DNA from: Chlamydiae bacterium CG10_big_fil_rev_8_21_14_0_10_35_9
GTDB lineage: Bacteria > Chlamydiota > Chlamydiia > Chlamydiales > SM23-39
Direction of reading: 5' to 3'
DNA: 57,657 nt
NCBI GenBank assembly: GCA_002773835.1
Contig: PFAC01000005.1
Span: forward strand, 1-57,657
Shown here: in pieces, positions 29,318-38,098 of the stretch
Layout: every line of letters begins with the position of its first letter
Position numbering within the stretch: position 1 is the first letter of the stretch
The notes under the pieces: model-generated
The model's input: the letters and a program-made list of their open reading frames with translations, nothing else
What the model was told of the DNA's origin: nothing
Databases searched by the model: none
Position numbers and translations under genes: made by a program

Positions 29318-30163
29318 ATGCGAAAAAATCAAAACATTAAAAATTTAGGAATCGGTGTTGGGTTAAGGCCGGTTCACTATCCGGAAATATTTGCCAAACA
29401 GTCAAATATCGACTGGTTTGAAATTATCAGTGAAAATTTTCTAATAGATGGCCCTCCCGTTAGAAATTTAGAAAAAATATTAGAAGCTTATCCTGTTGTT
29501 ATGCATGGAGTAACTTTAGCTATTGGAAGTCCTGATCCTATTGATTTTAACTATTTAAAAAAAATAAAAGAGCTGGCTCGTAAAACAAAATCACCCTGGA
29601 TTTCAGATCACTTATGCTGGGGCAGAGTTCCTGGCTCTCATTATCATGACCTTCTACCATTACCTTATACTAAAGAAGTCATTGACTATGTAGTAGAGAG
29701 GGTAAAGATTGTGCAAGATTACTTAGAAGTCCCTTTTGCTTTAGAAAATGTATCTTCTTATGCAGCTTTTCAAGAGGATGAAATGCCTGAATGGGAATTT
29801 TATACTGCCGTAGTGGAAAAAGCAGACATTTTCATGATGCTAGATGTAAATAATATTTATGTTTCCAGTAAGAATCATGGGTTTGAACCCCATGAGTACT
29901 ATAAAAATTTACCGTTAGATAGAGTCTTGCAAATTCATTTAGCCGGCCATTCAAATTACGATAAATTTATTATCGATACCCATAACAACTATGTTTGTGA
30001 TGAGGTATGGCAGATTTACAAAGAAGTGTATCCCAAAACAGGTGGAGTATCTACTTTATTGGAGTGGGATGATCATTTCTTAAGTTTTGATGATACTTGC
30101 AAAGAAGCCTTCAAAGCTAAACAATTTCAACAGGAAATAGAAAATGTATCTCCTAGATCCTAA
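29318..30163 (+). CDS. DUF692 multinuclear non-heme iron-dependent oxidative enzyme (MNIO; MbnB/HvfB/BufB-like)
   Basis: GVGLR, WFEIISEN, HG..L.IGS, SDHL.W, DLLPLP, LENVSSY, LDVNNIYV, QIHLAGH, IDTH, LLEWD. Confidence 0.93.
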   Translation: MRKNQNIKNLGIGVGLRPVHYPEIFAKQSNIDWFEIISENFLIDGPPVRNLEKILEAYPVVMHGVTLAIGSPDPIDFNYLKKIKELARKTKSPWISDHLCWGRVPGSHYHDLLPLPYTKEVIDYVVERVKIVQDYLEVPFALENVSSYAAFQEDEMPEWEFYTAVVEKADIFMMLDVNNIYVSSKNHGFEPHEYYKNLPLDRVLQIHLAGHSNYDKFIIDTHNNYVCDEVWQIYKEVYPKTGGVSTLLEWDDHFLSFDDTCKEAFKAKQFQQEIENVSPRS

Positions 30164-30968
30164 AGTTCCAGCAAATTTGCTTAAACTGCAAAGCTGGTTT
30201 GGAAAAGCCATTTCGGACACTACGGAAGGGTGGGACGAACTAAATCTTCCTGTTTTAAAAGCTAAGTATAAAAATACAGCTCAACAATATGTAAAACCAA
30301 GCAAGCATTTAACTTCAGCCCAAAGAGTTGCTATTTACAATGAACAGTACTGGCTTAGACTTATCAGCTGTCTAAAAAAAGATTTTCCTTTATTGGTTAG
30401 GCTTTTTGGAGAAGGAGATTTTGAAGATATGATCGCCAGAAGATATTTAGAAAAGTATCCTCCCAGCAGCTGGTCTCTCTATATATTAGGAGAGAACATG
30501 GCAAAATGGGTAGAAGATCATTATCCCAATGAAATAGATAAGCCACTTATTTTAGAGGCAGCAAAAATAGATTATGGATATATGCTCAGCTTTTTTTCAG
30601 CAGAATATCCTCCTTTGCAAAACTTAGAGTTAACAACAAAAATTTCTCTCCAGCCACATACCCATCTTTTTAGCTTGCCTTTTGATATTTTACCTTTTAG
30701 GCAAGAAGTTCTGCAAAATTCAGAAAATTTTTATTTGGATAATGACTTTCCAAAATTGGAAAAAGGTAATTTTTACTGCATATTATTCCGATGGGAGAAA
30801 AAGGTGGTTTATAAAAGTCTTTCAAAGAAGGAATATGAAACTCTTCAATTACTGGAAAAACAAATAACCTTTCAAGACTTCATTGAAAAAATAGATATCT
30901 CTTCCTTTGATCTGCAATCTTTTTTCGAAAAATGGTCTAAACTAAAATGTCTTTGTTCAGTACTTTAA
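30144..30968 (+). CDS. DUF2063-family MNIO partner (HvfC/BufC-like)
   Basis: L..LQ.WF, R.AIY..QY..RL...L..DFP....L.G...F......Y...YPP.S..L...G; overlaps the DUF692 stop. Confidence 0.85.
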   Translation: MYLLDPKVPANLLKLQSWFGKAISDTTEGWDELNLPVLKAKYKNTAQQYVKPSKHLTSAQRVAIYNEQYWLRLISCLKKDFPLLVRLFGEGDFEDMIARRYLEKYPPSSWSLYILGENMAKWVEDHYPNEIDKPLILEAAKIDYGYMLSFFSAEYPPLQNLELTTKISLQPHTHLFSLPFDILPFRQEVLQNSENFYLDNDFPKLEKGNFYCILFRWEKKVVYKSLSKKEYETLQLLEKQITFQDFIEKIDISSFDLQSFFEKWSKLKCLCSVL

Positions 30969-30990
30969 AAAAACAAGATTTAAGTCACAT

Positions 30991-31444
30991 TTATGCAACA
31001 GATTGCCATCCTTCTTTGGTATCTACAAAAAGAAGAGGCTTTTCATTAATTTTATCTTCTAAATCAGCAACTGCTTTTAAAAGCATAGAAATATTGCCGC
31101 TTTGATTATTGGTCTGTTCTCTATAAAGAATGCGTAATAAAAACTCCGACGGCTTAGGTATTCCAGTTTTCCCAGTTTCCCATCGCTGAACTGCTTGTTC
31201 GCTTACTCCCAACAATTTACCTAAAGTATACTGAGACATAAGCATTTCATTTCTCAGAAATTGGATTTCTTTTTTAGATAAATCTTTTTTGGAAGTTACT
31301 AGAAATAGTCCGATAGCTTTATGTAAGCCATCAATATTGTGAATAGCAACGGCCATTCCTCTTGAGGTCGTATTAAATTTAAATCCATTTGATAAATAAA
31401 TATTATCTAAACCACATTCTGTAATGATAAGAATTTTCTACCAT
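30991..31444 (-). pseudogene. Frameshifted XRE-family HTH antitoxin (YHYxECGLxN N-terminus)
   Basis: ATG 31444 reads MVENSYHY, then a different frame reads TECGLDNIYLSNGF...AVAIHNIDGLH into HTH MSQ..LG.LLGVS.Q.V.RWETGK; consistent with a 2-nt loss near 31420. The residual ORF is 30991-31356. Confidence 0.65.
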
Positions 31445-31452
31445 AATCTTAA

Positions 31453-31710
31453 TTAAATAACGGTTACAACTTCTAAGTGATTACTTTTTACAACAATTAC
31501 TACTTGCACAATCCTTCCAGCAGAAAAACGTTTTAGTTTAATTCGCCAGTCTCCGTACTTATCTAATTTTGGGCCATCTATTCCTTTGCCATTCCTCAAA
31601 ACATCAAAAATTTGTCTTGAGCTTACATTTCTTTCGCGCATTCGCATCTGTACGTGTGGATTATCAAACCATACATTTTCTGAAATTTTAGCTAATTCAT
31701 GTGTTTTTTC
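31453..31710 (-). pseudogene. DUF4258-like putative toxin, 5'-truncated (residual ORF 31453-31647)
   Basis: Open frame HELAKISENVWFDNPHVQMRMRERNVS..QIFDVLRNG...VVTVI with no ATG/GTG/TTG upstream of 31647; stop lies 8 nt before the antitoxin ATG. Confidence 0.5.
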
Positions 31711-31795
31711 AACATTTGTGAAAAATAAAAGAACTTTTATTTCAAAAAAAGTTTTACAATGTTAAAACTTCGTTTTTCATTTACCTAAAGGACAC

Positions 31796-32734
31796 ATGCT
31801 TACTTATCAAAAAGCTGGAGTTGATACAGCAGTTGCAAGAAAGTTTGTAGAAGCTATTAAGGAAAAATGTCCTGATATTGGGGGATTTTCTGGTCTTTAT
31901 CCTTTAGGAAATCAATTTCTAGCTGCATCTACAGACGGTGTGGGAACAAAGCTGAAACTTGCCTTCGATCTGAATATCCATAACACCATTGGCATCGATC
32001 TGGTAGCCATGTGTGTCAATGACATATTAACTTGTGGTGCTAAGCCACTTTTTTTTCTGGATTATTTTGCTACCTCTAAACTGGATTTGGATGTTTCAAA
32101 AAAAGTGATGGAAGGGATTTTAAAGGGGTGTGAGTTAGCAAATTGTGCCTTAATCGGCGGCGAGACGGCCGAAATGCCCGGGTTTTATCAAGAGAAAGAA
32201 TATGACCTTAGCGGTTTCGCTGTGGGTATTATAGATAAAGACAAAGTTATCGATGGTAAAGCAGTCGAAAAAAATGACTGCTTAGTAGGTATTGCCTCAA
32301 GTGGTGTACATAGTAATGGGTTTTCCCTTATCAGAAAAATTTTGGATGTAAAAACTGGAAGTTTAAATACTCCCTTTCAAAATACAACCTTAGGAAAAGC
32401 ATTATTAACACCTACTACTATCTATACTTCGCATGTGCAAGATTTACTAAAAAAACACTCCATTAAAGCTATGGCTCATATTACTGGCGGAGGTCTTCAG
32501 GAAAACATTGAGAGGGTAATACCAAATTATTTATCAATCGAATATGAACTTCCTAGCACGCCTGCGATATTTCAATGGATACAAGACATGGGAAACATTG
32601 GCTTGCAAGAGATGTTATCTACTTTCAATATGGGAATTGGTTTTGTACTTATCGTAGATGAACAAACAGCTGAAAAGATCTGTCAGGCAAGTTCAGACTA
32701 TTTTCTTTTTGGTAAAGTAATAAAAAAATCATGA
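31796..32734 (+). CDS. purM: AIR synthetase (phosphoribosylformylglycinamidine cyclo-ligase)
   Basis: Y..[47 protein letters not shown]. Confidence 0.96.
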   Translation: [312 protein letters not shown]

Positions 32735-35655
32735 TGCAGGCTTTAGAAAAAAAACAATCGCAAAAAATTATCATCTCTTTAAAAAATAATTTTCATGATC
32801 CAAAAGCACTTGAAATTGTCAAAGCATCTAAAGAATATTTAAATAAGCCCATTGAAGCTGTGCAAGTCAAACAAGTCTACGACATTCATAAAAAGCTCTC
32901 ACAAAAACAGCTAATAGAACTTTGTAGTGTTTTATCTGATTCTGTACTTAATGAAGTAAAAATAAATGATGCTGAAGAAAGGTCTTTTGACTGGAAAATT
33001 TTAATCTCTTTTAAGCCTTCTGTGTGTGACAACACAGGAAGGATTGCGCAAGTTGCAATAGAAGATTATTTAAATGAGCGCTTCTCAGCTAGTGAATCGG
33101 TACACTCACAAACTCTTTATCTTTTTAAAGGAAAGTTATCTTTTCAAGATATGCAATGCATAGCCAAAGAAATATTGGCTAATGATGTGATAGAAGACAT
33201 ATATATTGAAAAAATAGATTCTATTTTTGAAGAAATATCTTTTGATAAAACTTTGCAAGAGCTTTTAGATGTAAATGAAAATAGGCAGCTTGCTTTAAAT
33301 GAAAAAGAACTTCTTTTCATAAAAGCGTATTTTCAAAAGGACAGTGTTGCCTTAGAAAGAAAAAAACTTGGCCTTCCTAAGTGGCCGACGGATGTAGAAA
33401 TAGAGGCTATAGCGCAAACATGGAGCGAACACTGCAAACATAAAATCTTCAATGCAAAAATACTTTTTAACGATAGCTTAACCATTGATTCTCTATTTAA
33501 AACTTATATCAAAAAAGCTACGGATGAAATTTCTAAAGAAAAGGACTGGTTAGTTTCAGTTTTTTCAGACAATGCAGGAATTATTCGGTTTACAGACAAA
33601 TACAATGTTGCCTTTAAAGTAGAAACACATAACAGCCCTTCCGCTTTAGATCCATATGGAGGGGCTCTCACGGGAATATTAGGAGTTAATCGGGATATTT
33701 TAGGAGCTGGCATTGGGGCCAAGCTAATAGCTAATACAGATGTGTTTTGTTTTGCTCCCAATACTGTCAAAGAACTTCCCGAAAAAATAATGCATCCTAA
33801 AAGAATTTTTGAAGGAGTGCGTAAAGGGGTTGAGCATGGGGGAAACAAAACAGGAGTTCCTACAGTCAATGGAGCCATTCTTTTTGAGGAAAGATATCTA
33901 GGCAAGCCATTGGTATATTGTGGTTCAGTAGGTATCATGCCTCGCAGAATTGGAAATGTTTTCACTCATGAAAAACAGCTTCAAGATGGAGACCTGATTG
34001 TAATAGCTGGAGGGAAGACAGGAAGAGATGGTATACATGGAGCTACCTTTTCTTCTCTTGCATTAAGTGAAAATAGTCCTACCAGCGCTGTGCAAATAGG
34101 GGACCCCTTCACACAGAAAAAATTGCAAGATTTTCTCTTAGAAGCTCGAGATCTTAGTTTGTTTAGAACGCTAACTGATAATGGAGCCGGTGGTTTTTCT
34201 TCCTCTATCGGTGAGTTGGCTATTTTATCGGGTGGATGTGAACTTCATTTAGATAGAGCACTTTTGAAGGACGAGACGCTTAAACCATGGGAAATTTTAG
34301 TCAGTGAGTCCCAAGAAAGGATGACTTTTGGAGTAGATAAAAATAATCTGGAAGAATTTCAAAAGCTTGCAAAAGCTCATGAAGTAGATATCTGTGTTTT
34401 AGGAACATTTACTTCAAGTGGCTATTTCCATGTTCTATATAATAATAAGACAGTTGCCTGGCTGGATTTAAAATTTTTACATAATGCGACTCCTGTAATG
34501 GAGCTGGAAGCGCAATATTTCTCTAAAAACTCAGAAATGACCTATGACGAAAATGCTTTTTGTATAAAAGAAGAACTTATAAAAGTTTTATCCAATTTGA
34601 ATGTCTGCAGTAAAGAAAGCGTTATCCGCCAATATGATCATGAAGTGCAAGCTGGCAGTGTTATTAAACCTTTAGTGGGCCTAGACGGTCCTTCTGATGC
34701 TGCAGTAATAAGACCTGTAGAAACCATCAGGGATAACGAGAAAAAAGCAATTGTGCTTTCCAATGGTATTTGTCCAAAATTTGGGGATTTGGATCCTTAT
34801 AGAATGGCCGCAAGTGCTATTGACGAAGCTCTAAGAAATTATATTTGTGTAGGTGGGGATATTAAAAAAGCTGCTATTTTAGATAATTTTTGCTGGCCTG
34901 ATCCCGTATACGATAGCGAAAAAACCCCAGATGGAAAAGAAAAGCTCGGGGCTTTAGTAAGATCTGCACAAGCATTATATGATTTTGCTACCTATTTTTC
35001 TCTTCCTATTATTTCAGGCAAAGACAGCATGAAAAACGATTATAAGTTCAAAAACACTAAAATCTCTGTTCCTTATACCTTACTTATCTCCCTAATAGGA
35101 ACGATCAATGATTACGAAAAAGCTATTTCTATGGAATTTAAGTATCCAGGTGATGCGATATATCTGATTGGGACAACTAGAAAAGAACTAGGTAAAAGCG
35201 AGTGGGCTCTTCGAAATAAAATAGAAGGAGGAGAGGCCCCAATTGTGACTAGAACAGTTCTAGGCACTTATGAAAAACTAAGTGGCTCGATTCAAAAACA
35301 AGAAATTGCTTCCTGTCATGATCTTTCTGATGGAGGTCTTGCTGTAGCACTTGCAGAAAGTGCTTTTTCAGGAGGATGGGGTGCAAATATAGATCTTTCC
35401 CATCTTATCACAGATGAGTCTCTTAACTCTTTAGAAAAACTTTTTTCTGAATCCAATTCTAGATTTTTAATTACGACATCCCCAGCGAAAGAAGGTGCAT
35501 TTTTAAAGACGATGCAAGGACACCCAGTAACTAAGATAGGGGTAGTGAACAATACCACAACTCTTTCCATTAAAGAAAACGACCAGGTTGTAATGGTAGA
35601 AGATATTGATGTATTAAAAAAAGCATGGCAAAGGCCTTTTAATGAGCTCGATTAA
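32731..35655 (+). CDS. purL: FGAM synthase synthetase subunit with N-terminal PurS-like domains
   Basis: QTWSEHCKHK, DNAG, KVETHNSPS, DGIHGA, DNGAGG, SESQERM, QYDHEV, SGKDS, HDLSDGGL. Confidence 0.95.
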   Translation: MMQALEKKQSQKIIISLKNNFHDPKALEIVKASKEYLNKPIEAVQVKQVYDIHKKLSQKQLIELCSVLSDSVLNEVKINDAEERSFDWKILISFKPSVCDNTGRIAQVAIEDYLNERFSASESVHSQTLYLFKGKLSFQDMQCIAKEILANDVIEDIYIEKIDSIFEEISFDKTLQELLDVNENRQLALNEKELLFIKAYFQKDSVALERKKLGLPKWPTDVEIEAIAQTWSEHCKHKIFNAKILFNDSLTIDSLFKTYIKKATDEISKEKDWLVSVFSDNAGIIRFTDKYNVAFKVETHNSPSALDPYGGALTGILGVNRDILGAGIGAKLIANTDVFCFAPNTVKELPEKIMHPKRIFEGVRKGVEHGGNKTGVPTVNGAILFEERYLGKPLVYCGSVGIMPRRIGNVFTHEKQLQDGDLIVIAGGKTGRDGIHGATFSSLALSENSPTSAVQIGDPFTQKKLQDFLLEARDLSLFRTLTDNGAGGFSSSIGELAILSGGCELHLDRALLKDETLKPWEILVSESQERMTFGVDKNNLEEFQKLAKAHEVDICVLGTFTSSGYFHVLYNNKTVAWLDLKFLHNATPVMELEAQYFSKNSEMTYDENAFCIKEELIKVLSNLNVCSKESVIRQYDHEVQAGSVIKPLVGLDGPSDAAVIRPVETIRDNEKKAIVLSNGICPKFGDLDPYRMAASAIDEALRNYICVGGDIKKAAILDNFCWPDPVYDSEKTPDGKEKLGALVRSAQALYDFATYFSLPIISGKDSMKNDYKFKNTKISVPYTLLISLIGTINDYEKAISMEFKYPGDAIYLIGTTRKELGKSEWALRNKIEGGEAPIVTRTVLGTYEKLSGSIQKQEIASCHDLSDGGLAVALAESAFSGGWGANIDLSHLITDESLNSLEKLFSESNSRFLITTSPAKEGAFLKTMQGHPVTKIGVVNNTTTLSIKENDQVVMVEDIDVLKKAWQRPFNELD

Positions 35656-36466
35656 TATTTTAGTTGTCTCCGGTTTGGGGATCAATTGTGAGCAAGAAAT
35701 GGCAATGGCATTTCAGTTAGCAGGGGGAGTGGCTCACCTTGTTCATGTAAATGAGCTTTTAAAAAATGATTTTTCCTTGGAAAAGTATCATTTAATAGCT
35801 TTTCCAGGCGGGTTCTCTTTTGGTGATGAGTTAGGAGCTGGTAAAGTTTTTGCCAATCGCTTGCTGTACACCTCGCATTTATCAGCTAAGCTAAGAGAAT
35901 TTGTAAAAAATAAAAAATGCATATTGGGCATTTGTAATGGTTTTCAAGTCCTTTTAAAACTAGGTCTTTTTTTTCAAGAAAAGGAGCCTAGCGAGTTTTC
36001 ACTAACATATAATGAAAAAAAAATGTTTGTTAATCGTTGGGTTACTCATACGGTTACTTCTAAAAAATGCATTTTTTTAAAAGGTATATCTACCATCGAG
36101 CTTCCTATTCGACATGGAGAAGGAAAATTTGTAGCAAGCACTTTACAAGCGCTTCAAAAGTTAAAGAAAAAAGATCAGGTTGCGTTGCAATATGATCCAA
36201 CCAATCCCAATGGATCTGTAGATAATATCGCAGGAATTTGTGATGAAACAGGAAGGGTCTTTGCCATGATGGCTCATCCAGAAGCTGCCCTGTTTTTTAC
36301 TAATCACCCCCATTGGACAAAAAGAAAAGAACAATACTCAAGGGCTAATAAAAAACTACCTCAATATGGGGAGGGCTTAAAAATTTTTCAAAATGCCATA
36401 AGTTATTTAAAAGAGGTTTTTTATGGACAAGCTATCGATCAACACAGTCTTAGTCAGTGTCACTGA
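35642..36466 (+). CDS. purQ: FGAM synthase glutaminase subunit
   Basis: G.NCE.E, PGGFSFGD, LGICNGFQ.L, HGEG, NPNGS, MMAHPE. Confidence 0.95.
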   Translation: MSSINILVVSGLGINCEQEMAMAFQLAGGVAHLVHVNELLKNDFSLEKYHLIAFPGGFSFGDELGAGKVFANRLLYTSHLSAKLREFVKNKKCILGICNGFQVLLKLGLFFQEKEPSEFSLTYNEKKMFVNRWVTHTVTSKKCIFLKGISTIELPIRHGEGKFVASTLQALQKLKKKDQVALQYDPTNPNGSVDNIAGICDETGRVFAMMAHPEAALFFTNHPHWTKRKEQYSRANKKLPQYGEGLKIFQNAISYLKEVFYGQAIDQHSLSQCH

Positions 36467-38045
36467 TAAAACAAATATTTCTGCCTTACTTAAGGGTCTT
36501 ATTGCACTAAATCCTCAATTAAAAATTATAGCTTCAGGGGGCACTTCTTCTCATCTAGCAAAAGAAGGGATATCTCATACTTTTTTAAAGGATTTTACGG
36601 GGTTTCCTGAATGTTTTTCAGGAAGGGTTAAGACTCTTCACCCTAAAATTGCAGGGGGTATTTTATTTCGGAAAAATAAAGATGAAAGTCAGGCAAAAGA
36701 AGTAGGCATTGAGCCGATTGATTTGGTTGTTTGCAATCTCTATGACTTTGCTTCAGCCGCGCAACAATGTACTACAATGGATCAGCTTGTAGAGCATATG
36801 GATATTGGAGGATCTACTTTAATAAGATCTGCCGTTAAAAATTACAAAAGTGTAGCCCTGTTAACAGATCCTCTCGATTACGAGGACTTTTTACAAGAGG
36901 TTCGCACATCCCATGGGGCCGCTTCTATCCAAACAAGGGAAAAACTTGCTGTGAAGGGGATGCATGTAAGTGCTCAATATGAAGCGCTATTAGATGCAGA
37001 GTTTTCTAAAAGATTGTCCGATCGTATTTTGATAAAGCCTGATTTAGAAAACGGAAAAAGTTTGAGATATGGTGAAAATCCAGATCAAAAGGGCTGGGTT
37101 TTCTCGCTTAAAGACCACCATGGAATAGCTCAGAGCAAGCAGCTTTCTGGTAAGGAGCTTTCTTTTAATAATTATGAAGATGCAACAGTGGCCTTTAGCT
37201 GTATTGGGGATTTAAAAGGGGTTGTATCAACATATGGAGTTGCTATTGTAAAGCACGGCAGCCTGTGCGCCCTTGCAACGGCAAATGATTTACCAACTGC
37301 ATTTGAAAGAGCTTGGCAAGGGGATAGCAAATCTTCTTTTGGAAGTGTCATTGCTTTTTCTCATGAGGTAAAAGCAGATATGATCGGTCATTTGAAAAAC
37401 CGTTTCATAGAACTTTTGATTGCGCCAAACTTTTCTTCTGAATTTGTTTGCTGGGCAAAAGAAAAAAAACCACTTTTAAGGTTACTTTCTATTGAGGGGC
37501 AAAGTACGCCATATCACTATAAAAATATAAGTGGGGGGATGCTAGTTCAGTCCTTACCTAAGAAAATATCACAAGACACAATCGCACCTCTATTTCAAGC
37601 AAAAGAAGAAAGAAAAGGCATTGTAACTAAGCGAGTGGTGCCTATAGAAAAATTGAACCTTTTTGCATTTGGGCTCATTGCTGTAAAGTTTGCAAAGTCT
37701 AATGCGGTTGCAATTGTAAGAGAGATAGAAAGCAATTCTTTCCAACTTCTTGGGTTGGGTGCAGGGCAGCCTAATCGTGTAGACTGCCTGCAAAGACTAG
37801 CAATTCCAAAAGCATTAGAAAATATAGGAACTTTTAAGGAAGATCCTAGGCAAGTGTTATCAGAAGCTGTATTAGCAAGCGACGGTTTTTTCCCTTTTGA
37901 AGATTCTATCAATTTTGCAAGTGATCATTACATAAAATGGTGTGTCCAGCCAGGCGGATCAAAGATGGATGAAAAAGTAATTGCAGCAGCTGACGCAAAA
38001 GGAATGGGGATGATTTTTACTGGTCAAAGATATTTTTTTCATTAA
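36423..38045 (+). CDS. purH: Bifunctional AICAR transformylase/IMP cyclohydrolase
   Basis: SV.DK, GRVKTLHP, DIGG..L.R...KN, LRYGENP.Q, KH, KSNA, ASDGFFPF, QPGGS. Confidence 0.95.
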   Translation: MDKLSINTVLVSVTDKTNISALLKGLIALNPQLKIIASGGTSSHLAKEGISHTFLKDFTGFPECFSGRVKTLHPKIAGGILFRKNKDESQAKEVGIEPIDLVVCNLYDFASAAQQCTTMDQLVEHMDIGGSTLIRSAVKNYKSVALLTDPLDYEDFLQEVRTSHGAASIQTREKLAVKGMHVSAQYEALLDAEFSKRLSDRILIKPDLENGKSLRYGENPDQKGWVFSLKDHHGIAQSKQLSGKELSFNNYEDATVAFSCIGDLKGVVSTYGVAIVKHGSLCALATANDLPTAFERAWQGDSKSSFGSVIAFSHEVKADMIGHLKNRFIELLIAPNFSSEFVCWAKEKKPLLRLLSIEGQSTPYHYKNISGGMLVQSLPKKISQDTIAPLFQAKEERKGIVTKRVVPIEKLNLFAFGLIAVKFAKSNAVAIVREIESNSFQLLGLGAGQPNRVDCLQRLAIPKALENIGTFKEDPRQVLSEAVLASDGFFPFEDSINFASDHYIKWCVQPGGSKMDEKVIAAADAKGMGMIFTGQRYFFH

Positions 38046-38098
38046 ACTGTATTTTTAAAAAAATTTCTTTAATATGCTGTGATTATAAAAAAAACTTT

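Noticed and set aside
29009-29332. Alternative-frame ORFs 29009-29332 (-, with CC repeats) and 29048-29311 (+)
   Set aside because: Shadows of the repeat. Only the 28897 frame has an RBS, a signal peptide and the expected context.
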